DNA of 64,000 nucleotides from a virus: IMG/VR virus record IMGVR_UViG_3300047548_001136, positions 1 to 64,000 of that record; one strand, 5' to 3'. Shown piece by piece: positions 55,518 to 64,000 of this stretch (position 1 is its first letter; each line of letters starts with the position of its first letter). The notes under the pieces were generated by a model. It saw only the letters and a program-made list of their open reading frames with translations, ran no database searches and was not told where the DNA came from. The position numbers and the translations under genes were made by a program.

Positions 55518-55928
55518 ATGTTACACAGGTATATTCTTTTTACCACAGTTGATATCACACAAACTAATGTAAAAATTAAATCAAATATTGATGATTGGGG
55601 TTTGCAGCGCAATCAACAAAGGAATTTAGATACAGTAGTACAAACACTTGGATTGCGTAGTCAACCTATTAACATCCATGTAACTCAATTTTTTCGTAAT
55701 CCACGTTTATTTGATTTAGGTTCAAATTTACCAGAAGAGTGTAACATATGGCAAATGGAATTTGATATTGAGCACGAAGATGCATTTGGTGAAAACTGCG
55801 AAGTTGCACTAAAAGATTTAAATTATGTACCCTTAATTAACGGATTGACAGAAACACAACCTGCTTTCCCCCCTGTTTTTCAAACAACTGGGACCTTCAA
55901 AAACATAAACATTATTTCTTTGCCCTAA
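55518..55928 (+). CDS. hypothetical protein
   Basis: T.VDIT.T, RNQQRN..T..Q.LGLRSQP, L..VP.I.GL.ET. Confidence 0.7.
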   Translation: MLHRYILFTTVDITQTNVKIKSNIDDWGLQRNQQRNLDTVVQTLGLRSQPINIHVTQFFRNPRLFDLGSNLPEECNIWQMEFDIEHEDAFGENCEVALKDLNYVPLINGLTETQPAFPPVFQTTGTFKNINIISLP

Positions 55929-55930
55929 TT

Positions 55931-56015
55931 TATAAATATTCTTGTGTAGAGATACACATTAGGCACAAATTAGGCATAACTTAGGCACCCATCGACTATT
56001 AATTAAAGGGTAAAG
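55931..56015 (+). promoter_or_regulatory. leader: TATAAATA, hairpin, three TTAGGCA repeats at 11-nt period
   Basis: TATAAATA 55931; TGTGTA-GAGA-TACACA; TTAGGCA at 55959, 55970, 55981. Confidence 0.65.
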
Positions 56016-56309
56016 ATGTCCTTATCGATTGAAAAACAAAGCCTAGAAGCACACGTTGATTTGTGTGCAGAGAGGTATAAAGGATTGCAGGAAGATTTAG
56101 CAGCTATGTCTACCCGCATAGAAAAGCTAGAAGATGGTATGACTAAACGTATGGATAAAATTGAGTCCAGCGTAACTGAAATTAAGGATATCTTGACTAA
56201 AAAAGAAACAAGTGCCCTTCGCAGTTTAATAACTATTGGTCTTGCTATTATTGCTAGTTTGATAGGAACCGTTGGTGGTCTTGTTTGGTACGTTGTTACT
56301 CGTTCATGA
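56016..56309 (+). CDS. coiled-coil protein with C-terminal TM helix (XhlA/holin-like architecture)
   Basis: LEAHVDLCAERY, heptad region, single hydrophobic C-terminal helix. Confidence 0.6.
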   Translation: MSLSIEKQSLEAHVDLCAERYKGLQEDLAAMSTRIEKLEDGMTKRMDKIESSVTEIKDILTKKETSALRSLITIGLAIIASLIGTVGGLVWYVVTRS

Positions 56310-56533
56310 GTAAGCGTATATTAATAATGCCTGGAATAGGCATTTATGCATCCCAAGAGATGATAGATATTTTAGAATTAATTGAACTTAATGGCGGAGA
56401 AATCAAAGATGAACAAGTTTCTCCACCGCAAAAAAAGTTGCTAAAGCAACTTCTTGAGCGTAACTTAGTAGCTAGACGGAGAAAAAACAATGAAGTTAGC
56501 TACAGTGTTAGATCAAAAATCAATTGGAAATAA
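56306..56533 (+). CDS. small hypothetical protein, possible winged helix
   Basis: ATGA-coupled start at 56306; L..L..RNLV.R...Y. Confidence 0.6.
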   Translation: MSKRILIMPGIGIYASQEMIDILELIELNGGEIKDEQVSPPQKKLLKQLLERNLVARRRKNNEVSYSVRSKINWK

Positions 56534-56954
56534 ACTCAACTACGTTATTGAATCTACTATTCCGACCATTACTAATTTTCCAATCATTTCAAAAGGAAGT
56601 GATTGGGTTCGAGTAAATGATATTCTAATTACACAAAAAAATGATCGTTATAAAGTAACTAGAAAAGGTATCTTTTTAGAAGAATTTTATAAGCGTTCAT
56701 GGGCTGTAGCATATTCTGTGTCGCTATGTCAAAGCGACTATTCTGCCTGTGCTGTTCTTAAAGCAAATAATCATAGACTTGGAAAATATCTAGAAGAAAT
56801 TGAACGTTATAGCTATCACTTAGAACACGCCCAAAACCGAGGAGATTATAGCAAAGAAAAAATTATTTCTGATCGTTTGAGCAGGACACTAGGGGAGTAT
56901 GAGCTAATACTAGAAGAGGTATCTCCACTAATTAAAAGTCAAGTAGTTGTATAA
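56490..56954 (+). CDS. hypothetical protein
   Basis: ORF fills the gap in the operon. Confidence 0.6.
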   Translation: MKLATVLDQKSIGNKLNYVIESTIPTITNFPIISKGSDWVRVNDILITQKNDRYKVTRKGIFLEEFYKRSWAVAYSVSLCQSDYSACAVLKANNHRLGKYLEEIERYSYHLEHAQNRGDYSKEKIISDRLSRTLGEYELILEEVSPLIKSQVVV

Positions 56955-56980
56955 ATAAGCAATATAGTAGGGATACCCAA

Positions 56981-58006
56981 ATGAAGCTTTCAGATATTGA
57001 AAAAACCAGCAGTATTGCAATGAATAATAAGATGCGCGAAAAGCTAGGCTGGAGCCTAGATTTAAACGCTATGACTGTTAACTCAGCTATGGATATGATG
57101 GAAAGTATTGATCAAAAACTTTCCAAAGTTCGTGGTAGTCATAAGCTACACGAAAGTCAAAACAATCCAAATTACGTTGGTTTAATTATGGCTAAGCAAA
57201 TACTAGAAAGTTATGTTGCTGAAGCCGAATTAAATGTAAAAGATGATAAGAAGTCACCAAAGAAAGTTGAAGCTAAGGTAAAAGAAGGCAACAAGTTTAG
57301 CGGTGAATTAGCTAAAGCTAAGGCTTCTGGTAAAGAAGAGTTTGATGTTGACGGCAAGAAGTATAAAGTCAACGAAGCTAAGAAGAAAGTTGATGAAAAG
57401 GCTGTATCAAAAGCTCAGCAACAAGCTGCTGGTGCTGCTCTAGCAGCAAAGCGTGGCGAAGGCAAAGCTAAAGGCGCATCAAAAGAAATGATGGGCATGA
57501 GCGAAAAAGAACTTAAGAAGATTGCTGGCACAAAGCACGCTGGTCTTCCAAAGAAGAAGGTTTCAGAATCTCGTCTATTTGAAGATGAACTAGGCCAGGC
57601 ACAGGCAATGCTTGCTGCAAAGGACATGGTTGATTCAATGCAGGATATGATTGAAGAACTAAGCAAGATGCTTAACGAGCAACTTCCTCCACTAACTGAT
57701 AGTATTCGCACTGCAATTGGTAGCGCAGAAGCTGATAGCTTTAAGGCAAGTGCTAGTTCAACACTTAGTTCATTGCTAACAACTGTACAGTCAAGCAGAG
57801 AAGCAATGGATCAAGCTGTTCGTTCTCTTAGCGGAGAAGGGGGAACTGTATCTGTTCCTGGCGCAGATGTAGGTGCTGATCTTGGTGCTCCAGATCTTGG
57901 TGGCGAAGAAGATCTTCCAGATCTTGGTGCTGATGAAGAAGATGATTTTGCTGCAAGCGATGCTGCTGTAGGTGGCAACTTATCTCTTGGTCGTGAGAAG
58001 CGTTAA
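56981..58006 (+). CDS. putative prohead core/scaffold-like modular protein with embedded DUF3008-like segment
   Basis: TATAAATA at 56950; coiled coils; KAVSKAQQQAAGAALAAKRG..KGASKEM..MSEKEL...A.TKH.GLP; acidic tail. Confidence 0.7.
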   Translation: MKLSDIEKTSSIAMNNKMREKLGWSLDLNAMTVNSAMDMMESIDQKLSKVRGSHKLHESQNNPNYVGLIMAKQILESYVAEAELNVKDDKKSPKKVEAKVKEGNKFSGELAKAKASGKEEFDVDGKKYKVNEAKKKVDEKAVSKAQQQAAGAALAAKRGEGKAKGASKEMMGMSEKELKKIAGTKHAGLPKKKVSESRLFEDELGQAQAMLAAKDMVDSMQDMIEELSKMLNEQLPPLTDSIRTAIGSAEADSFKASASSTLSSLLTTVQSSREAMDQAVRSLSGEGGTVSVPGADVGADLGAPDLGGEEDLPDLGADEEDDFAASDAAVGGNLSLGREKR

Positions 58007-58011
58007 TTAAA

Positions 58012-58365
58012 ATGCGTTTGTTTGAGATCGCCAATCAAAGAACTGATGGACCTGAACCAGTATTAATGGCTATCCTTAGTTACCTAAAAGGAAAAGGTGA
58101 TCAAAGAGCGACCGGTGTACGTGTACCAATGTCCAGCATTGAAGCTTTAATGCAAAATGCTGGACAATCTATCACATATGCTGAATTAGAAAATTTAAGA
58201 CAAAAAAATCAAACAATAGCTAACTTGATTAAAAGTATAAATCAGGATGAAGTTATTATTAACACACAAAATAATGATGAAGTTAGCGACAATCTAGAAT
58301 ATCAACCTGGTGATGAGCAAGACGTTGCTATGATGGCTAAAAGAGCAGCAACACGTAACGATTAA
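58012..58365 (+). CDS. hypothetical virion protein
   Basis: MRLFEI N-terminus; V..MAKRA C-terminus. Confidence 0.7.
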   Translation: MRLFEIANQRTDGPEPVLMAILSYLKGKGDQRATGVRVPMSSIEALMQNAGQSITYAELENLRQKNQTIANLIKSINQDEVIINTQNNDEVSDNLEYQPGDEQDVAMMAKRAATRND

Positions 58366-58400
58366 TTGCGTTATTAAAGTAAATTCATTAAAATTATTAA

Positions 58401-59087
58401 ATGTTACTCAATCCCCTTTATGAGTACTCGAGTATTAAGCGAGTACAGTCAGAGCTTGGTCGTCAATATCTTACCCCCGATGGCATCAAAGTACCTAGTG
58501 TAACAACAGTACTTGATAAAACAAAACCAATTGAAAAAGTACAAGCATTAAACGAATGGCGTAAGCGTGTAGGACACGATAAGGCAGCAGAAATAACAAA
58601 AAATGCTGCAAGTCGCGGAACTATAATGCACAAGCGTTTAGAAGAATTCATTGCTGGGGAAATGAAGGAACCTGGCTCAAACGTTGTTCATGCCCAAGCA
58701 GCTAAAATGGCTGATGCAATTATTGAACAATATATGAAACCATTTGTTAATGAAGTTTGGGGAAGCGAAGTAAATCTATATTATACTGGTCTTTATGCTG
58801 GCACAACAGATTGTGTTGGTGTTTGGAAAGGTAAACCAGCTATTATGGATTTTAAGCAAACTAACAAACCAAAAAAGCGTGAATGGATCGACGACTACTT
58901 CCTACAGTTATCGGCATATGCTCATGCACACAATCACATTCATGGTACTGATATTAAACAGGGTGTTATTTTAATGTGTTCAGGAGATCTTGAAACACAA
59001 CTATTTGAACTTAATTTAGAAGAGTTTGAAAAGTACAGTGAATTGTGGTGGAAAAGAGTTGAGCAGTATCATTTAAATTTATCATAA
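58401..59087 (+). CDS. PD-(D/E)XK exonuclease
   Basis: PSVTTVL, RGT.MH..LE, SEV.L, YAGTTDC, IMDFKQ, Y.LQL.AY. Confidence 0.88.
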   Translation: MLLNPLYEYSSIKRVQSELGRQYLTPDGIKVPSVTTVLDKTKPIEKVQALNEWRKRVGHDKAAEITKNAASRGTIMHKRLEEFIAGEMKEPGSNVVHAQAAKMADAIIEQYMKPFVNEVWGSEVNLYYTGLYAGTTDCVGVWKGKPAIMDFKQTNKPKKREWIDDYFLQLSAYAHAHNHIHGTDIKQGVILMCSGDLETQLFELNLEEFEKYSELWWKRVEQYHLNLS

Positions 59088-59113
59088 ATACTAGCATATA
59101 GTAGGATAAAGAT

Positions 59114-60691
59114 ATGCCAATAATCAGTATTAGTAGAATACAACATAGATATGGTTTAAGCGAAAATTTACCACAGCTTGCCGCAGCAGAGTTTGGTTGG
59201 GCTATAGATCAGCGCAGATTGTTTATTGGCAATGGTCCTACCGCAGAGGGCGCGCCGCAAATTGGTAATACAGAAATCTTAACACAATACAGTAATTTGT
59301 TAGAGGTTGCTCAAAATTCCTACACATATAAAGATGTAGCAGCAGGTTATCAAGCTATAACAGGTGAAAGTCTATCATCACCAGTTACTAGAAGTTTACA
59401 AGAAAAGCTTGACGATGTTGCAAGCGTTAGAGATTACGGCGCAAAAGGAAATGGAATTGATGATGATACTGTATACATTAATAGAGCGTTAGCTGATTTG
59501 TATACTAGAGATTCTAACCCATCAACACGAAGAGTTTTATATTTTCCAGCAGGAAACTATATAGTTAACGATACAATTAAAATCCCATCCTTTGCTACAA
59601 TACAAGGTGAAGGTAAAAACTGCACTATTATTACTGCTAGAGATAGCTTTGCAAATTGTGTAGCCCGTTTAGCTGACAGTAAAATGCAAGTTGGAGAAAA
59701 TGTTGGTGCAAATGGTGCAGTATTGCCTAGTTACATTTCAATAAACGATATAACATTTAACGCTAACTTTTTATCAATGGATGTTTTCATCATTAATTCT
59801 GCGTCATCTGTAATATTTAGAAACGTAGCATTTTCAGGCGGATTAGGCGAAGCACCAACTACATCTGGTTCTTTGCTTTCTACATTAAGAATTTATAGCA
59901 GTGCGATTAACCACACAAAGAACATTATTTTTGATAATTGCGAATTTAAAGAAAGCAATTATGCTGCAATATTAGATGACGATATGGAAAACATCGTATT
60001 TGATAAGTGTTATTTTAATAAGCTCTATCTTGGATTTAAGATAGGTGAAGATACTACTGGTAGCGGAAAAAGCATTGTTGGTCCATTGGGGTTAAGAATA
60101 ACAAATAGCTTGTTTGATGAAATTTTTAATTCTGCTATTGTAAATTATAAAACAGCAAAAGTTACAAGTGCATTCAATGCATACTTAAGTGCTGGCGATC
60201 AAAATATTTCTTCACCTGCATACCCAGTTATTATTTTCCAAGATTTTGGTGGATCGAGTATTTGTGATACTTTTACAAGAAGCGAAACATCTGCAATACC
60301 ACGCATTGATTACAGCAATACCAAATCTGTTTTCATTGAAGCATCACAAGGCGTTTTCATTGGAAAAAGACAAATTTCAACAGGTGATATTAAAACACTA
60401 ACTAACAACACTAGTAATACTAGTTCTGGTATTGTTTTCAACGTTTCACAGAAAGCACAAAAGTTAAATTACATTGCATCTAGAGGAACTGGTGTTAGAA
60501 ACGGTGTACTAGAGATCGTTGCTACTGCTACTGGTATTACATACAGTGATTCATTTACTGAAAACGGAACTGATATTGGATTAACGTTGACTGCTACAGT
60601 TTCTGGATCAGATGTAACTGTTAATTATACAACAACAAACACTGGTGCAGATGTTTCATTCTCTTATAGCGTGGATCGCAATCTAACTTGA
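59114..60691 (+). CDS. tail/baseplate protein with pectate-lyase-like beta-helix
   Basis: ISRIQHR.G...LPQLA..E.GW..D.RRLFIGNG; SVRDYGAKG.G..DDT..I.RA..LYFPAG.Y. Confidence 0.8.
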   Translation: MPIISISRIQHRYGLSENLPQLAAAEFGWAIDQRRLFIGNGPTAEGAPQIGNTEILTQYSNLLEVAQNSYTYKDVAAGYQAITGESLSSPVTRSLQEKLDDVASVRDYGAKGNGIDDDTVYINRALADLYTRDSNPSTRRVLYFPAGNYIVNDTIKIPSFATIQGEGKNCTIITARDSFANCVARLADSKMQVGENVGANGAVLPSYISINDITFNANFLSMDVFIINSASSVIFRNVAFSGGLGEAPTTSGSLLSTLRIYSSAINHTKNIIFDNCEFKESNYAAILDDDMENIVFDKCYFNKLYLGFKIGEDTTGSGKSIVGPLGLRITNSLFDEIFNSAIVNYKTAKVTSAFNAYLSAGDQNISSPAYPVIIFQDFGGSSICDTFTRSETSAIPRIDYSNTKSVFIEASQGVFIGKRQISTGDIKTLTNNTSNTSSGIVFNVSQKAQKLNYIASRGTGVRNGVLEIVATATGITYSDSFTENGTDIGLTLTATVSGSDVTVNYTTTNTGADVSFSYSVDRNLT

Positions 60692-61140
60692 TTTGGCACG
60701 ACATTAATTGTCGAGATCGTATTTTAAAGTGGCGTGAGTGGCGTAATGCCCTCACGCCCATGTCTCTTGAAGATTGCTTAAAAGAAGTAGCAAATGCGTG
60801 GGCAAAAGCACCGCTCGTAAATCATTATCTAACACCTGATGATTTAAATGAACTACCAGATCCTTGGAATCTAATAAATGATAATATCTATTGTGATTTA
60901 GGGATATCCCTTGGTATGGTATATACACTCTCTTTATGCGATAATCCCCATATAACTGATGAAATAACCTTAGAGGTTTATCAATCCAACGAAGGTTGGA
61001 TTAATTTATGCTCGGTCAACTCGGGATTATACATGCTTAATTGGGCACCTAGAACTGTCGTAAATAAATCCACGATCCCCAATTTAGGGAATCCAATTTT
61101 TGCATACACAAAAATTGACCTAGCAAACAAGTTAAACTAA
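60688..61140 (+). CDS. hypothetical protein
   Basis: R...WR..R, W..AP, PDPW.LI.DN.YC. Confidence 0.7.
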   Translation: MIWHDINCRDRILKWREWRNALTPMSLEDCLKEVANAWAKAPLVNHYLTPDDLNELPDPWNLINDNIYCDLGISLGMVYTLSLCDNPHITDEITLEVYQSNEGWINLCSVNSGLYMLNWAPRTVVNKSTIPNLGNPIFAYTKIDLANKLN

Positions 61141-61166
61141 ACTATTAATCTATTAAAGGAAGTTCT

Positions 61167-63470
61167 ATGAATAAGATTCAAGTAACAAAGCGCAATGGCG
61201 CCAAAGAGGATTTAAACCTCGATAAACTACACAAGGTAGTTTTTTGGGCAACAGAAGGTATCGCTGGCGTGAGCGCAAGCGAAGTTGAATTACGTAGCCA
61301 AATTCAATTCTATAATAATATTAAGAGCACAGAAATCCAAGAGATGCTCATTAAATCTGCTGCAGATTTAATTACAGAGGATACACCAAACTATCAGTAT
61401 GTTGCCGGTCGTTTAATCAATTTTCATTTGCGTAAACAAGTTTATAATCGCTTTCAACCATGGTCGTTACTTGACGTTGTTAAAAAGAATATAGAACGTG
61501 GACTTTATGATTCAGAGCTAATCAAATACTACACAGAAGAAGAATGGAATAAGCTTGATGGATATATCAAGCATGATCGTGATATGGAACTTACCTATGT
61601 AGCAATGGAACAGCTACGTGGTAAGTACCTAGTACAGAATCGTGTAACAGGTGAAATCTATGAAACACCCCAAGTAGCATACATGCTTATTGCTGCTACA
61701 TTATTTGCAAATTATTCAAAGGAGACAAGACTTGCTTGGGTTAGGGATTATTACGAAGCTATTAGTAAACACGACATCAGCCTCCCAACACCAGTCATGG
61801 CAGGCGTTAGAACACCACAACGACAATTTAGCTCCTGCGTCCTCATTGAAACCGCAGACAGCCTCGACAGCATTAACGCAACAGCAAGTTCAATCGTCAA
61901 GTACGTTTCTCAAAAGGCTGGTATCGGCATTGGGGCAGGTAGTATTCGCGCTATTAATTCTCCTATACGTAATGGCGATACCGCTCATACTGGCGTTATC
62001 CCATTCTTCAAATATTTTCAATCAGCCGTTAAGTCTTGTTCACAAGGTGGTGTACGAGGCGGAGCAGCCACTCTCTACTATCCAATTTGGCATTTTGAAG
62101 TAGAAGATCTACTAGTATTAAAGAACAACAAAGGTACAGATGATACTCGTGTCCGTCACATGGATTATGGAATACAGTTTAACAAGCTAATGTATGAGCG
62201 ACTGCTAACTGGCGGCGATATTACATTGTTCTCACCTAATGATGTACCTGGTCTTTATGAAGCATTTTTCAATGACCAAGATAGATTCCGTGAACTATAT
62301 GAAACAGCAGAACGTAATACACGCATTCGTAAAAAGAAGGTAAAAGCATCGGACTTGTTTAGTTCATTTATGGGGGAGCGTAAAGATACAGGTCGCATCT
62401 ACTTACAAAATGTTGACCACAGCAATACGCACAGTTCATTTGATGAAAAGAAGTGGCCTGTTAAGCAGTCAAATCTTTGTGCAGAAATTACACTACCAAC
62501 TCGCCCACTAAACGACATTAATGACGAAGATGGTCGTATTGCACTTTGCACATTGTCTGCCATTAACTGGGGTAATATCAAAGATCCAAAAGATTTTGAA
62601 AAACCATGCACACTAGCTATTCGCGGACTTGATGCACTACTAAGCTATCAAAATTATCCAGTTAAGGCTGCACAACTATCAACAAGGGATTTCCGTCCAC
62701 TTGGTGTTGGTATTATTAACCTTGCATACTTCCTTGCAAAGAACGATGTAACTTATAGTGATCCAAGAGCACTTACACTTGTGGATGAATATGCAGAAGC
62801 TTGGTCATATTATCTCATTAAGGCTAGTGCTGATCTTGCAGCAGAGCAAGGCGCATGTGAACTAAGCAGCGATACAAAGTATGCACAAGGTATTGTACCA
62901 GCCGACACACGTAAGACAGATATTGATGAACTAGTTGCACACAACGAACGTATGCCATGGAATGTTCTACGCGAACAGCTAAAGACAACCGGTATTCGTA
63001 ATGCAACTGTTATGGCGCTTATGCCAGCAGAAACAAGCGCACAGATTGCAAATGCAACGAACGGCATTGAACCACCAAGAGCCTATGTTTCAGTTAAGCA
63101 GTCTAAGCATGGTGTGCTTAAGCAAGTTGTTCCAGGTTATCCAAGACTCAAGAACAAGTATGAATTACTATGGGATCAAAAGTCACCAGAAGGTTACTTA
63201 AAGATTTGTGCAGTACTACAGAAGTGGATTGATCAATCCATTTCAACTAATACCTCTTACAACCCAACTTTCTACGAAGATGATAAGATTCCAATGAGTG
63301 AAATGCTTAAGCATCTTGTACTTTGTTACAAATATGGTATTAAGACACTTTATTACTTCAATACATATGATGGTGCAGGTGAGGTAGATGTTGACAAGAT
63401 GGTCGCTAAAACTGTAGAATTAGCACCAGTAGTAACAGATGATGAATCTTGCGATAGTTGTGTAATTTAA
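61167..63470 (+). CDS. nrdA: ribonucleotide reductase class Ia alpha subunit with ATP cone
   Basis: VTKRNG ATP cone, PTPVM, QFSSCVLI, SNLCAEI, CTLSAIN, MPAETS, KTLYY, C-terminal CDSC. Confidence 0.97.
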   Translation: MNKIQVTKRNGAKEDLNLDKLHKVVFWATEGIAGVSASEVELRSQIQFYNNIKSTEIQEMLIKSAADLITEDTPNYQYVAGRLINFHLRKQVYNRFQPWSLLDVVKKNIERGLYDSELIKYYTEEEWNKLDGYIKHDRDMELTYVAMEQLRGKYLVQNRVTGEIYETPQVAYMLIAATLFANYSKETRLAWVRDYYEAISKHDISLPTPVMAGVRTPQRQFSSCVLIETADSLDSINATASSIVKYVSQKAGIGIGAGSIRAINSPIRNGDTAHTGVIPFFKYFQSAVKSCSQGGVRGGAATLYYPIWHFEVEDLLVLKNNKGTDDTRVRHMDYGIQFNKLMYERLLTGGDITLFSPNDVPGLYEAFFNDQDRFRELYETAERNTRIRKKKVKASDLFSSFMGERKDTGRIYLQNVDHSNTHSSFDEKKWPVKQSNLCAEITLPTRPLNDINDEDGRIALCTLSAINWGNIKDPKDFEKPCTLAIRGLDALLSYQNYPVKAAQLSTRDFRPLGVGIINLAYFLAKNDVTYSDPRALTLVDEYAEAWSYYLIKASADLAAEQGACELSSDTKYAQGIVPADTRKTDIDELVAHNERMPWNVLREQLKTTGIRNATVMALMPAETSAQIANATNGIEPPRAYVSVKQSKHGVLKQVVPGYPRLKNKYELLWDQKSPEGYLKICAVLQKWIDQSISTNTSYNPTFYEDDKIPMSEMLKHLVLCYKYGIKTLYYFNTYDGAGEVDVDKMVAKTVELAPVVTDDESCDSCVI

Positions 63471-63479
63471 GAGGAAATT

Positions 63480-64000
63480 ATGAGCGTATTTGATATTGAA
63501 AATAAAAGCGACCACACTAAAAGTTTGGCGTTCCTTGATTCAAACGGTGGAGTAACTATTCAACGTTATGATACTATGAAGTATCCCGCAATCGATAAGC
63601 TAACTGACAAGCAGCTTAGTTTCTTTTGGCGACCAGAAGAAGTAGATACATTGCGTGATGCTAAGGACTTTAAGTCGCTTACTGCTCATGAACAGCATAT
63701 TTTCACAAGTAATCTCAAGAGACAAATTCTATTGGACTCAGTACAGGGCCGCGCACCAAGCGTGGCCTTTGGTCCTATCTGTTCTCTTCCAGAACTTGAG
63801 AATTGGATTACAACATGGACTTTTAGTGAAACAATTCACTCACGTTCATATACACACATTATTCGCAATGTGTATGCTAATCCAAGCGTAATTTTTGATG
63901 AGCTAATGGATATTGAGGAGATTGTTGATTGTGCTAAGGACATTAGTAAGAACTACGATGAACTAATTCACTATAATAATGTTCTTGCTACACTACCAAA
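63480..64000 (+). CDS. nrdB: ribonucleotide reductase class Ia beta subunit (runs off the window end)
   Basis: GAGGA SD; QRYD..KYP, FFWRPEEVD, IFTSNLKRQILLDSVQGR, W.FSETIHSRSYTHII. Confidence 0.95.
   Translation, partial: MSVFDIENKSDHTKSLAFLDSNGGVTIQRYDTMKYPAIDKLTDKQLSFFWRPEEVDTLRDAKDFKSLTAHEQHIFTSNLKRQILLDSVQGRAPSVAFGPICSLPELENWITTWTFSETIHSRSYTHIIRNVYANPSVIFDELMDIEEIVDCAKDISKNYDELIHYNNVLATLP

Noticed and set aside
55959-55987. CRISPR or mini-array
   Set aside because: Repeats are 7 bp with 4-nt spacers; no cas genes (58401 is a generic PD-(D/E)XK exonuclease without an evident Fe-S Cys cluster).
1-64000. Genome-wide TAG reassignment (alternative genetic code)
   Set aside because: Core genes are intact in code 11 with no internal TAGs; only one in-frame TAG was found (47009).

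Overview
This window is a segment of a large T4-like (jumbo-type) myovirus genome. It is AT-rich and densely coded, mostly on the + strand; I saw no rRNA, tRNA or CRISPR array. In order it contains: neck, dNMP kinase, tail sheath and tube, head-completion and putative TerS genes; a block of probable capsid-internal proteins; an HNH homing endonuclease and TerL; gp32 SSB, UvsX and UvsY; an ~11 kb glycosylation/sugar-modification cluster (carbamoyltransferase, methyl- and glycosyltransferases, ColD-like dehydratase, Gmd); early cassettes with sigma70-type promoters; UvsW, a clamp-loader-like subunit, a GIY-YIG-like endonuclease, a miniature DnaE-like protein, primase, radical SAM and helicase; more virion genes, an exonuclease, a beta-helix tail protein and nrdA/nrdB. 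Usg-like and DUF3008-like sequences point to an alphaproteobacterial host (inference). The best candidate for a new system is at 9877-13816. There an HlyC/TAAT-family acyltransferase sits next to two proteins whose N-terminal Hint domains have lost the splicing residues but keep the His-Asn C-terminal cleavage motif, and cleavage would expose Lys-rich or Gly-initiated new N-termini. An unannotated 56-aa peptide resembling the Hint C-terminal strand lies between them. Together these suggest self-cleaving, lipidated virion or effector proteins. All family calls come from recognising motifs by eye; no database searches were run.
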